From the human T2T-CHM13v2.0 reference genome, Homo sapiens: 64,000 nt of DNA. Every line of letters begins with the position of its first letter. Positions within the stretch are counted from its first letter, which is position 1. Positions 25,636 through 38,439 of the stretch are shown here, one piece after another. The DNA lies in NCBI GenBank assembly GCA_009914755.4, contig CP086569.2, forward strand, positions 21,824,001-21,888,000, in the 5' to 3' direction. The translations under genes and the position numbers were made by a program. The notes under the pieces are model-generated. The model searched no databases. It was given only the letters and a program-made list of their open reading frames with translations, and was not told the DNA's origin.

Positions 25636-26087
25636 GGCCCAATCAGAATGGTGGGGAAAATTATAAGCCACAAACCATTGAAGTTCTGAAGGTTTTTGCA
25701 AAAGTCTCAGGATAAGTTTATGCCTAAAGGCAACCTAATCCTTACCTAGAGTAAATAGCTTAAAGTGGGTACAAAGGAAGGTAGACTAGTTTACCAACCT
25801 AGCTTGTTTACTCAGGTGGTCCTAAGACTAACCTTTGGTCTACTGTGAATTCTTAATTGCTCTCTACTCAGGAAGTTTGCAATGTCAATTACCCTCTAGT
25901 GGTGTTTACTCATGGCATCTATCAATTAATCTTTACTGAATAAATGCAAATCTCTCTGATTAATCAAGGCTGTGGCTGTGACCAGGTGGCCTAGATGCTC
26001 AGCTGGACTGGTAAAGCAGAATATTTGTGTGTCAGTGTACTTTATTCATACATCGTTGGATCAGGGTATGCAGGACAGACCCCTGCA
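25630..26087 (+). repeat. 3' LTR of the HERV-K-like provirus
   Basis: Starts tgtgggggcccaatcagaatggtggggaaaattataagccaca, carries AATAAA near 25937, and ends gacagacccctgca. It is collinear with the 5' LTR. Confidence 0.85.
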
Positions 26088-27175
26088 TTTGAGACTAAAA
26101 CACAAACAGCAATAACAGCAAAAGTCAAAATTGACAATTGGGATCTAAACATATTAAAGAGTTTCTGCACTGCAAAAGAAACTATCATCAGGGTGAACAG
26201 GCAACCTACAGAATGGGAGAAAATTTTTGCAATCTATCCACCTTAAAAAGGTCTAATATCCAGAATCTACAAGGAACTTAAATTTACAAGAAAAAAACAC
26301 ACAGTGCCACCAAAAAGTAGGCAAAGGATATGAACAGATATTTCTCAAAAGGAGACATTTATGAAGCCAATGGCTATATGGAAAAAAGCTCTTAATAATT
26401 GATGATTAGAGAAAAACAAATCAAAACCACAATGAAATACCATCTTATTCCAGTTAGCATGGTGATTATTAAAAAGTCAGGAAGTAACAGATGCTGGGGA
26501 GGCTGTGGAGAAATAGAAACATACACTATTTGTGGTATTGTAAATTGGTTCAACCATTGTAGAAGGAAGTGTGGTGATTCTGAAAGGATCTAGAACCAGA
26601 AATACAATTTGATCCAGCCATCTCATTACTGGGTATATAACAAAAGAATTATAAACCATTCTATTATTAAGATACCTGCGCATGTATGTTTATTGCTGCA
26701 AGATTTACAATAGCAAAGACTTGGAACCAACCCAAATTCCCATCAATAATAGACTGGATAAAAAATATATCACATATACATCATGGTATACTAGGCAGTC
26801 ATAAAAAAGAATGACTTCATATCCTTTACAGGGACATAGATGAAGCTGGAAACCACATTTCTCAGCAAACTAACACAGGAATGGAAAAACAAACACTACC
26901 TCCTATCACCCATACGTGGGACTTGAACAATGAGAACACATGGACACAGGAAGGGGAACATTACACACTGGGGCCTGTCTGGGTGTGAGGGGCAAAGTGA
27001 GGGAGAGCATTAGAATAAATACCTAATGCATGTGGGGGTTTAAACCTAGGTGTTGGATTCATAGGTGCAGCAAACCACCATGGCACATGATTACCTATGT
27101 CACAAGCCTGCATATTGTTCAGATGTATCCCATAACTTAAAAGTAAAATAAATTTACAAATTAGAAAAAAAGAAC
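26088..27175 (+). mobile_element. Continuation of the same old L1 after the nested ERV: ORF2 C-terminus, 3'UTR and A-rich tail
   Basis: ORF 25995..26246 (+) contains [50 protein letters not shown], which corresponds to L1 ORF2p ...[46 protein letters not shown] and directly follows the GKDFM break at 18366. The element ends in an A-rich stretch near 27160-27175. Confidence 0.85.
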
Positions 27176-27333
27176 TACTAAGCAATGACATCTCAAGAAG
27201 AGGAATATCAACAAACCAAAATAGGCTTCTGTCTATTGCATGTTCTAGTCCTGGTTTTTCTAACATAGTATTTTCATGTGCATCTCCTCTGCAGTTCTCT
27301 CTCTCTCAATTAAATCTCCATATGATGGCATAG

Positions 27334-28293
27334 TGAAGGGATGGCATGCCCCTCTGCCCCTGTGGGCATTTCTCTTCAGGTGGGATGAGAGATTGAGAAA
27401 AGAAAAAGACACAGAGACAAAGTATAGAAAAGAAAAGTGGGCCCAGGGGACCAGCACTCAGCATACGGAGGACCCCCACTGGCACTGGTCTCTGAGTTCC
27501 CTCAGTATTTATTGATCATTATCTCCACCATCTTTGAGAGGGGGATGTGGCAGGACAATAGGGTAATAGTGGGGAGATGGTCAGCAGGAAAACATGTGAA
27601 CAAAGTTCTCTGTGTCATAAACAAGTTTAAGGAAATGTGTTGTGCCTTGATGTGCACATATACAAACATCTCATTGCATTAAAGAGCAGTATTGCCACTA
27701 GCATATCTCACCTCCAGCCCTAAGGCAGTTTTCTCCTATCTCAGTAAATAGCATATACAATCAGGTTTTACACTGAGACATTCCATTGCCCAGGGATGAG
27801 CAGGAGACAGATGTCTTCCTCTTATCACAAATGCAAAGAGGCCTTCCTCTTTTACTAATCCTTCTCAGCACAGACCGTTTATGGGTGTCGGGATGGTCAG
27901 GTCTTTCCCTTCCCATGAGGCCATATCTAAGGCTATCACATGGGGAGAAGCTTTGGACAATACCTGCTTTTCCTAGGCAGAGGTCCCTGTGGCCTTCCGC
28001 AGTGTTTTGTGTCCCTGGGTACTTGAGACTAGAGAATGGTTATGAGTTTTAACAAGCATATTGCCTTCAAGCACTTTTTTACAAAGCACATCCTGCATGG
28101 CCCTAAATCCATTAAACCTAGAGTCAACACAGCACATGTCTCTGCGAGCACAGGGTTGGGGCTAGGGATACAGATTAACAGCATCTCAAGGCATAATAAT
28201 TTTCTTAATACAGAACTAAATGGAGTCTCTTATGTCTAATTCTTTCTATGTAGACACAGTAACAGTCTGAAATCTATCTCTTTTCCCTACACA
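27334..28293 (-). mobile_element. Solo LTR of the HERV-K (HML-2 group) LTR5 type, about 960 bp
   Basis: The plus strand reads the antisense of LTR5: gtgggatgagagattgagaaaagaaaaagacacagagacaaagtatagaaaagaaaagtgggcccaggggaccagc...gagttccctcagtatttattgatcatt...cctaggcagaggtccctgtggccttccgcagtgttttgtgtccctgggtacttgagactagagaatggttatgagttttaacaagcatattgccttcaagcac...tctatgtagacacagtaacagtctgaaatctatctcttttccctacaca. This is collinear over its whole length with my recollection of the LTR5 consensus reverse complement. No internal ERV sequence flanks it. Confidence 0.85.
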
Positions 28294-30349
28294 CAGAGAT
28301 AACAATCTCTTGTTTTGGTATGTAAGAAAGAATTCATCCTTAAAAAAGAGCCCAAATGGGGGATGTCACCCCAAGATGCTATCACATCAGTAGTGTTAAA
28401 AAAAAACAACTATTTGGAAACCATTGCCTCTATAGTACATGTTTCTCTTTAGTGCCTGGAAAGGATTAAGTATAGAGAGGAGACACAAACAAAGTAAAGC
28501 CCTCTTCCTTTAAGGAATGGTTCTATATTGTAGTTTATGAGGGCTCCAGTTATTAGTCCAGGCCTTATAAGGTCACCATTCCTAAATCGAATGGGAGTAT
28601 TTTTAGCATGATGATATTTATACTTATTATAGTAGTCCACAGTACCATTTGGAAATTTACATGCTTTGTAGGAAAAATCATTTTGCCTAATAGATTATTA
28701 AAAGATCAGGGACATACTTTGTTCCAGCCAGTATATGAGACAACTCTCCTTACAGGAGCTACTTGTCCACACATCATCTGTTGATCCACAAATTTGCAGA
28801 TTATTGCCATTATCCAATATTATACAAGGGTCCAGGTGTTCATTTGTGCATAGGTTTGGGAAGGACCATGTGTGATTAAACACCTGTTTTGGTGTTATTA
28901 AACTGAGCAAATCATCCAGAGCAAACCCAGCAATCAGTCTTGTATAGATGGGCAATGGCTGATTCTGTAAGGGACAAAGAAGGTGAGGCATTGCTACATC
29001 TAACAGTGGATGTTAGTAAACTTGATAGTAACAAAATCTTCATGTTTATCTCATATGTGTGACTATTATTCTTGCTGTAAGAATCATAACTAAGCAAAAG
29101 ATTATGGCAAATGAGATTATTTATTCTATATTCTACTCAGAGGGTGCAACAGTACATAGTCTACTGCAAAGAACAGAGTTAGTACCACAATTCTTGCAAA
29201 TATGATGTAATTAAGTTCCAGTTAAAATCTTACTCACCAAGATATATATAATTTCTGTTGAATTTCATTTTGGAAATTATGAATGTAATTCCATGGATAA
29301 TTAAAACATTTTTGTTAAGTATACATCAAAGAGAAGTTCTAATATCTGATGGCAAATCTCAAGAGGAAAGGTGGGATTGAACTAAACAGGTAATTCTCTC
29401 TAAATATGTGCTTATTTTTTGTAATTTTCAGTTTGATATCCTTTACTTCTTCACTCTGATATCTGAGATGTTCTTGTAGCCTATTAGGTGTCACTCTTGC
29501 TGTGTTCCAGGCTTTGACTCAAGTGTATCCAAGAGTCAAAGTGACCCCAAAAGTTAAATCCCACAGCCTTCACCTCTGAGGGGGGTGGAGAGAAGGAGAG
29601 AAGGAGACTGTGACTTCCCTCCCAGCTGGGAACAAGGAGCCTTCACCAGTACCAAATCTCCTGAGTTGAACAAAGGTGGGCCTAGTTCTTGGGGTATAAT
29701 TTCTAATGGCTGTTTTAATTCCTACTGAAAGTGGGCTATGGAGGTTACATGTTTAACAAATTCAGATATATCCTGATCTAATATAAAATCATTAGTAAAG
29801 ATTGGTCATCTATACACCATTTCAAAAGGGCTCAACCTACACTTTGAAGGGGTGTTTCTCACCCACACTGAAGTTATAGGAAAGAGAGTAGCTGATGGGA
29901 GGTGAATTTCTTGAGACAACTACAGAGGTGGCTCTTAATTATATAATTTGCTTTCTCCACCCTCCCTGAAGACTGTAGTCTCCAAGCACAGTAAAGATGG
30001 TATTATACACTCATTGTTTTTGAGACCCACTGGGTAACTGCCACCTTAAATGAAAGGCCATTGTCACTTGGGAGATATTTCATGAGTCCAAAGGGAGGGG
30101 ATATTTCATTGACTAGTGCTTTTACTACCTAAGATGATTTTTCTGTTGAACATGAAAATGCCTCTACCCAGTTAATGAAGGTATCCACCCCACCAGGAGG
30201 TATTAAATCACCATTATACTTGGCACATAAGTAAAATTCATTTGCAAACCTTCTCCTGCATAAATTTCCACTCTTTGAGTTTGCAGATGGAGAAGCCATC
30301 TGTTGAGCAGATTGTTTTTGAGGCAGATCTTCTAAGCATTAACAACCTG

Positions 30350-30649
30350 TTTTTTTGTTGTTGCTGTTTGTTTCATACAGAGTCTCAATTTGTCACCCAG
30401 GATCCAGTGCAGTAGCACAATCTTGGCTCACTGCAACCTCCATGTCCTGAATTCAAGCGATTTTACTGCCTCAGCCATCCAAGCATCTGAGATCATATGT
30501 ATGCTACCAAGAGTGGCTAATTTTTGTATTTTTCATAGAGATGGGGTATCACCATGGTGACTAGGCTAATCTCAAACTCCTGGCCTCAAGAGATCCACCT
30601 GCCTCAGGGTCCCACAGTGCTTGGATTACAGGAGTGAGTCACCATAGCC
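30350..30649 (-). mobile_element. Alu SINE (old, diverged, AluJ-like)
   Basis: Poly-T near 30350, then ...cagagtctcaatttgtcacccaggatccagtgcagtagcacaatcttggctcactgcaacctcc ... gcttggattacaggagtgagtcaccatagcc. Confidence 0.85.
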
Positions 30650-31399
30650 AACCTGTTTGACAATTTTGGTAAGTTTTTACTTGAGAAGAGTCTCTGGGGT
30701 AATTGATGAATTTTATTATTTCCAAAGTGAAAACTTTGGTGAAGAATCTTAAAAATTTTTCTCCATTTGGAGGTTGATAAATAAAGTTTGCTATTCTCTG
30801 ATTGTAACCTCCTGAGGGGTGAAAGCCATGTCCTTGAAAGGTGGCATATTCTATCCTTACAGGGGAATACTGAGGCTTTATATTTTTATGGAGCCCTCCA
30901 AAATTACAGGGGCTTCAAGTGCAACTGAGACCTTGAGGTCTTCTTCCTGCTGACTTAGCTGTTTGGTCTGGTAACCTATTTCCTCCAGGTATTTCATTTA
31001 TTCCTCTTCTGATGTTCTTTGTAATGTATTATGTCACTTCCCATGGAAAGAACACTGAGGGAAATACTCTTATCTATTTCCCAATGGTATTCAATGAGAA
31101 ACTCATTAGCTGTCAGAAGTGTCGCTTTTTTAATTTTTATTTTCCTTTAAGTTCTGGAATACATTTGCAGAACGTGCAGGTTTGCTCCATAGGTATATGC
31201 ATGCCATGATGGTTTGCTGTACCTATCAACCCATCAACCAGGTTTTAAGCCCCACATGCAGCTATTTGTCCTGATGCTCTCTCTCCACTCTCCCCAGAAC
31301 AGGCCCTACTGTGTGTTGTTCCTCTTCGTGTGTCCATGTGTTCTCATTGTTCAACTCCTAGGTATGAATGCAAAGATGCAGTGTTTGGTTTTCTGTTCG

Positions 31400-34300
31400 T
31401 GCATTAGCTTACAGAGGATGATGGCTTCCGGATTGATCCATGTCCCTGCAAAGAACATAATCTCATTTTAATAGCTCCATATTATTCCATGGTGTATATG
31501 TACCACATTTTCTTTTTGCAGCCTATCATTTTTCAGTATCTGGATTGGTTCCAAGTCTTTGCTATTGTAAATAGTCCAGCAATAAATCTACATGTGTATG
31601 TATCTTTATAGTAGAATGATTTATATTGCTTTGGTTGTATACCCAGTAATGGCTTTGTTTGGTCAAATGGTATTTCTGGTTCTAGATCCCTGAAGAATCT
31701 CCACAGTGTCTTTCACAATGGCTGAACTAATTTACACTTTCACCAACAGTGTAAAAGTGTTTCTGTTTCTCCACAGTCTCACCAGCACCTGTTGCTTGAC
31801 TTTTTAGTAATCATCCTTCTTACTGGAGTGAGATGATATCTCATTGTGGTTTTGATTTTTGTTCCTCTAATCATCAGTGATGTTGAGCTTTTTTTCATGT
31901 TTGTTGGTTGCATAAATATCTTCTTTTGAGAATTTTCTGTTCATATCCTTTGCCCAATTTTTGATGGAGTTGTTTGATTATTTTATTGTAAATTTGGTTA
32001 AGTTCCTTGTAAATGCTGGATATTAGACCTTTGTCGGATGGATACATTCCAAACTTTTTTCCTATTGTGTAGATCACCTGTTCGTTCTGATAATTGTTTC
32101 TTTTCCTGTGAAGAAAGTCTTTAGTTTAATTAGATCCAATTTGTCAATTTTGGCTTTTTTTGCTATTGCTTTTGGTATTTTCATCAGGAAGTCTTTTCCA
32201 GTGCTTATTTCCTGAATGGTATTGCCTAGGTTTTCCTCTAGGGTTTTGGGTTTTTTCACTAAAGCCTTTAAGTCACCCTGAGTTAATTTTTGTGTAAGAT
32301 GTGAGGAAATGATCCATTTTCTGTTTTCTGCACATAGCTAACTAGTTTTCCCAGCACCATTTGTTAAATAGGGAATATTTTCCATTTTGATTGTTTTTGT
32401 TAGTTTTGTTGAAGATCAGATGGTGGTAGATGTGTGGTGTTATGTCTGTGGTGTCTGTTCTGCTTTATTGGTCTGTATGTCTGTTTTGGTACCAGTACCA
32501 ATGTTGTTTTGGTTACTTTAGCCTTTAGTATAGTTTGAAGTTAGGTAGCATGATGTCTTCAGCTTTGCTGTTTTTGTTTAGGATTATCTTGGCCATACAA
32601 AGTCTGTTTTTGTTCCATTTGAATTTTAAAGTTTTTTTTTCTGATTCTATAAAAAATGTCAATGGCAGTTTGATAAGAATAGCATTGAATCTATAAATTA
32701 CTTTGGGAAGTATAGCCATTTTTGTGATACGCATTCTTGCTATTCATAAGGATAAAATGATTTTCCTAAGTATTTTATTCTCTTTGTAGTAATTGTGAAT
32801 GGAAGTTCACTCCTGATTTGGCTCTCTGTTTGTGTATTTTGGGTGTATAGGCATGCTTGAGATTTTTGCACCTTGATTTTGTACTGCAAACTGAGACATT
32901 TTGACTTCATCTTTTCCTATCTGAATACTATTGATTTATTTCTCTTGCCTGATTGTCCTGACCAGAACTTCCAATATTATGTTGAATAGGAATGGTAAGA
33001 AAGGGCATCCTTGTCTTGTGTCAGTTTTCAAAGGGAATGCTTCCAGCTGTGCCCATTCAGTATGATATAAGCTATGGGATTGATTGCCATTAATATCTCT
33101 TTTTATTTTGAGATATGTTCCATCAATACCTAGTTCATTGAGAGTATTTAACATGAAGGAATTTTGAATTTTATCAAAGCTCTTTTCTGTGTCTATTGAG
33201 ATAATCATGTGGTTTTTGTCCTTGGTTCTATTTATATGATGGATTACATTTATTTATTTGAATACGTTGAACCAGCCTTACATCCCAGGAATGAAGCCAA
33301 CATGATCATGGTGGATACGTTTTGACTTATTCCTGCTGGATTTACTTTGCCAGTGTTGTACTGAGTATTTTCCCATCTATGTTCATCAGAAATACTGGTG
33401 TAAAGTTTTCCATTTTAGTTGCGTCTCTGTCAGATTTTGCTATCAAGATGATGCTGGCTTCATAAAATGAGTTAGGGAAGAGTGCCTCCTTTTCAATTGT
33501 TTGGAATAGTGACAGAAGGAATGGTACCAGCTCCTGTTTGTACCTTTGATATAATTTTACTGTAAATTCATCTGGCCCCCGGCTTTTTTTGGTTGGTAGG
33601 CTATTAATTACTGCCTCAATTTTAGAACTTGTTATTTGTCTATTCAGGGATTTGACTTGTTCTTGGTTTAACCTTGGGAGAATCTATGTGTTCAGGAATT
33701 TATCCATTTTTTCTAGAATTTCCAGCTTATTTGCATAGCAGTGTTTATAGTATTCTTAATGATAGTTTGTATTTATGTTGGGTCAGTGGTGATATCTCCT
33801 TTGTCATTTTTTATTATGTCTATTTGATTCTTATCTCTTGTTTATTAGTCTGTCTAGCAGTGTATCTATTACATTAATTTAAAAAAAAACAGATCCTGGA
33901 TTTTGAAGTTTTTATGTCCCTATCTTTGTCAGTTCTGCTATGATTATTGTTATATTTTGTCTTCTGCTAGCTTTTGAATTAGTTTGCTCTAGCTTCTCTA
34001 GTCCTTTAATTGTTATGTTAGGGTGTTGACTTGAGAGCTTTCTAACTTTTGGATGTGACCATTTAGTGTTATAAATTTTCCTCTTAACACTGTGTTAGTT
34101 GATTCCCAGAGATTCTGGCAAGTTGTCTTTATTCTTGTGGATTCAAGAGAACATTTTTATATCTGTTTTAGTTTTATTATTTACCCAGGAGGAATGACAG
34201 AGCAGGTTCTTACATACTTCTGTGGTTCTGTCTGAACTTCCTAATCCTGAGTTCTAAGTTGTCTGCTTTATGTTCTCAGAGAATGTTGTGTTTTCAGTTT

Positions 34301-35190
34301 TTTGCATTTGCTTAGAAGTGATTTACTACCAATTATGTGGTCAATCTTAAAATAAGTGTCATGTGTCACTGAGAAAAATGTATAATCTGTTGGTTTGAGG
34401 TAAGGAGTTTTGTAGGTATATCTTAGGTCCATTTAATCCAGAGTTGAGTTCAAGTACTGAATATCCATGTTAATTTTCTGTCTCATTGATGTGTGTAATA
34501 TTCACAGTACAATGTTAAAGTCTCCCACTATTATTTTGTGGGAGTCTCTCTCTTGGAAGGTCTCTAAGAACTTGTTTTATGAATCTGGATACTCCTGTGT
34601 TGGGTGCATATGTATTTAGGATAGTTAGCTCTTCTTGTTGCATTGATCCCTTTAACATTATGTAATGCCCTTCTCTGTCTTTTTAGATCTTTGTTGATTT
34701 AAAGTCTCTTTATTGGAGAGTAGGACTGCAACCCCTGCTTTTTCTTGCTTTTCATTTGCTTGGTAAATTTTCCTGCATTTCTTTATTTTCAGTTTGTTCA
34801 TGTCTTTTCAAGCGAGATGGGTCTCCTGAATATTGCACACTGATGGGTCTTGACTCTTTATCCAATTAGGCAGTCTGTGTCTTGTTATTGGGCCATTTAG
34901 GTTATTCACATTTAATGTTAATATTGTTATATGTGAATTTGAAATCTTTCATCGTGTTATCTTTGTATTTTGCACACTAGCTCATTCAGCTTCTTTATAG
35001 TGTCATTGGTGTTTCTATATTTGTGTGTTTTTCCAGTGAGTGGTATTGCTTTTTCCTTTTTTATAGTTAGTGCTACTTTCAGGATCTCTTGCAAGGCAGG
35101 CCTGATTAAATCCCTCATCATTTACTTTTCTGAACAAGATTTTAGTTCTCCTTCACTTATGAAGCTTAGTTTGGCCTGATATGAAAATCT
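31400..35190 (-). pseudogene. L1 ORF2 pseudogene (endonuclease/RT), with multiple frameshifts and stops
   Basis: A series of minus-strand ORF fragments is collinear with L1 ORF2p. Confidence 0.7.
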
Positions 35191-35193
35191 GGG

Positions 35194-36150
35194 TTAATAA
35201 TTCTTTTCTTTATGGATGACGATTATTGGCCCCCACTCTCTTCTTGCTTGTAAGGTTTGTGCTGAGAGATTCACTGTTATTCTAATGGGCTTCCCTTTGT
35301 ATATGACCTGTTTTTTCTTTCCAGCTTCCCTTAATTTTATTTTTTTGTTTGTTTGTTTGTTTTTCCTTTCCTCCTTGGAGAACCTGATGCTTTTATGTCT
35401 TGGGGTTGATCTTCTCATGGAGTATTGTAGTGGTGTTCTCTGTATTTCCTGAATGTGAATGTTAGCCTGCCTTGCTAGATTTGGAAAGTTTTCCTGAATA
35501 ATAGCCTGAAGTGTGTTTTCTAACTTTGTTCCATTCTCCCTGTCTCTTTCATGTACTTCAATTATTTGTAGGTTAGGACTTTTTTAAATAGTCTCGTATT
35601 TCTCTGAGATTATATTTCTTCTCTTTTATTGTTTATTCTCTAATCTGGTCTGCTTGCCTTCTCTCTTTTTCTAGATCAATTGAGCTCTTGATACTTGGGA
35701 ATGCTTCATGAAGTTATCATGCCATGATTTTCAGCTCTATCAGGTCATTTATGTTTCTTTCTAAACTGGTTACTGTAGTTAGCCACTCCTTTAACCTTTT
35801 TTCGAGGTACATTGGGTTAGAACATGCCCTTTTACATAAGTAGAGTTTGTATTACCTGCCTACTAAAGCCTACTTTGTCATTTCATCCATCTCATCCTCT
35901 GTCCAGTTCTGCACCCTTTCTGAGAGATGTTGTGGTCATTTGAAGGAGAAGAGGTGCACTCTGGCTCTTTGGATTTTCAGTCTTTTTTCTGTTCATTTTT
36001 TTTTTCTAATATTTGTGAGTTGTCTTGTTTTAATCATTGAGACTGTTGATTCTTGTATGGGGTTCCAGTGGGGGCATTTTGATTTTGTTGATGTCATTGT
36101 TATTGCTTTCTGATTGTTAGTTTTTGTTTCTATAATCAGGACCCTCATCT
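35194..36150 (-). pseudogene. L1 ORF1 pseudogene
   Basis: ORF 35194..35418 (-) is the ORF1p C-terminus. Upstream fragments run to about 36150. Confidence 0.6.
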
Positions 36151-38439
36151 GTAGTGCTGTTGTGGTTTGCTGGGGGGTTCACTTCAGACCTTACTTATCT
36201 GGTTTGCTCCTACACATGGAGATGTCTCTCAAGGAGTCTGGAGAACAGCAAAGATGGGTGCCTGCTTCTTTCTTTGGAATATATGACCTTGAGGGGCACC
36301 GAACTGATGCTAGTAGTAATGCTCCCATATAAGAAGTCTGATAATGCCTGTTGGAGGGTGACACTCAGCTGAGTGCCACATGGTGTGAGACCCATCTAAT
36401 GACGAACTTTGGCTGTCCCTAAGTGGAGGAGGTGTGCCATGCTGGGAGGAAACCCACTCATCTGGGCTACCAGAATTCCTCAGAACTAACAGGAGAAAAG
36501 ACTATGTCTGCTGGTTTGTGGAGACTATGGCCACCCCTCCTCATAAGGGCTTAGGCCCAGGGAAATCAGAGTTCTTTGAGCTACTGGCTGGAGTTGAAGT
36601 TCCTGCAGGAAGGCCCCATTCAATGAGAAGGAATCAGTCTAGGACTGTGGCTGCAGTCAGCCACAGCTGGTGTGTTGGCCTTTGTTGAATGCTTCTTGGA
36701 ACCAAGCTAGCCAGCCTCCCTGTCTCCATCAGGGGAAAAGTGTGGCCTAGAGTTATAGAGAAGGCTGCTACCCTTCCCCTGCCATGCAAGCTTAGTATGT
36801 TAGGCAGCTAGAATTCCCAGTGTTGGCTGCTGTGACTCTACCAAGGAACTCAGATGGCTTAAACAGCAGAGAGCCACAGTTGCAGTGATGGCCTCCCTCC
36901 CCCTGTGAACTTGGCAGGCTTAGCATACTCTAGCTGAATGACTGTTGAGAATCTGTATGACTCCACAGTTGGGACCCTAGGATTTTGTAGTGTGGGCTTA
37001 CGAGTAGGATCTTCTGATCCGTTGGTTGCACAGGTCCATGGAAAGAACATGGTTTCCCAGGCTGGTTCACATACTCACTCACTGTCTCCCTTTGCTGGGG
37101 AGTGGAGGTTCTCCTGCCCCATGTGGCTTTCAGATAGGCTGCTGCATCACAATGCTCTTTCTTATGCTCCATGGGTAATACCAGAGGCCTAGTAAGTCCT
37201 GATAACAGAAACGGGATACCTCAGTTCCCAGTGGAGGGTTTGAATGCTGTTGTGATTCTTTTTGATGGGAGCCTTTGATCACCACTGCTTCTAGTCAGCA
37301 ATCTTGGCCTCATCCCCAGAAAGTGTCTTTCTTCCAAATAGTGGCATAAGCATGAAGAACCAGGAAAGCATACTTAGAATCATTATATATGTTAATAGTC
37401 TTTCAGTTGCTTAGTTTAAGTGCCCTTATAGGAGCAATTAATTTAGCTAACTGAACACACATATCTGGAGAGAGAGAGGCATCCTTTCGATGATGTCATC
37501 TAAGGTGAATATTGCATATCCTGCCCTATGGGTTTCTTGTTCTACAAGAGAATTCTCATCTGTAAAGAGAGCCCAGGGTTGGTTTTCTAGAGGACTTTCC
37601 TTGAAGTTCTCTCTGGCTGCATAGATTTTCACCATTATTTGTTCATAATTATGTCCAGGATTTCTATGAGAATAAAATGGCTAGGTTCAGGCCCTAACAA
37701 ATCTTTAACTGAGCTACAGATCCTTCCAGAAGAAAAGCTTGACATTTGTGGAGACAAGTATCTGTTAACCACAGACTTTCTTTAGAGGATACCAGTCTTG
37801 CTACATTAAGAGGGTATGTGAAAAGTCAGGTCATTCCCATGGTCAATTTGGTGGCTTCCAGCACTATCAGAGCCATCATTGCAACCACTCAGAGGCAAGC
37901 TGGTAGTTTTTAGCTACAAAGTTGAGCTTTTCTCTCAGTTAACTGACTAGCTGATGCACTGAAACTTGGCCCTGAGTTAAAACTCCCAAGATTATCTCCT
38001 TTCTTTTGAGATATAAGGATTAAGGGGATTCTCTGTGAAAAGACTGAAGGGTGAGTGCCTTAAGAAGGGCTTGCTTTAGCAGAAGAAAGGTCTTTTAAAC
38101 ATCAGGTTTCCAAAAAAAAAAAAAAGTTTTAGCTGCTTGAATTTTTTTTATAAGGCATTATAAAGGGTGAGCTATTTTACTGTACCCAGTTATCCAGAAT
38201 ATGCAAATACCTGTAATGCCCCCAAATTTTCCTAGCTGTTTGAAGTTTGGGGAAGGGAAAAGGAGAAAATAGGCTTAATCCTCTCTTTACCAGGTTCTGG
38301 TCCCTTCTGACAAGACTAGGCCTAGATATCTTACTAAAGTTTGACAGACCTGAGCTTTAGATTTAGAAATTTTATTTTACTGTACTTTTATTGGCAAAGC
38401 CCAAGTTAGAGAGTAAAATCAGAAAAAATAGTTAATGGG

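Larger units (their letters stand above)
18367..26087 (+). mobile_element. Full-structure (LTR-gag-pro-pol-env-LTR) but heavily mutated HERV-K-like (class II, betaretrovirus-like, HML group) provirus, nested in the L1
   Basis: There are two ~460 bp LTRs at about 80-85% identity, starting tgtggg and ending cccctgca. A purine-rich tract immediately precedes the 3' LTR. Residues of gag CA/NC, dUTPase, protease DTG, RT, integrase and env TM lie in the canonical order. The env C-terminus KNKGGNVG overlaps the polypurine tract, as in HERV-K (..KRKGGNVG..). Confidence 0.88.
31127..37330 (-). mobile_element. Near full-length older primate L1 (older L1PA / L1PB-like), about 6.2 kb, ORFs degenerate; the 5' boundary is uncertain
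   Basis: The 3' end on the left is tttttaatttttattttcctttaagttctggaatacatttgcagaacgtgcaggtttgctccataggtatatgcatgcc, the reverse complement of the L1 3'UTR. Minus ORFs 32074..32259, 32525..32734 and 32936..33208 (…[37 protein letters not shown]…[18 protein letters not shown]) match ORF2p. ORF 35194..35418 (…KGKPIRITVNLSAQTLQARREWGPI…) matches ORF1p. The sequence continues into a long diverged 5'UTR to about 37330. Confidence 0.8.
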
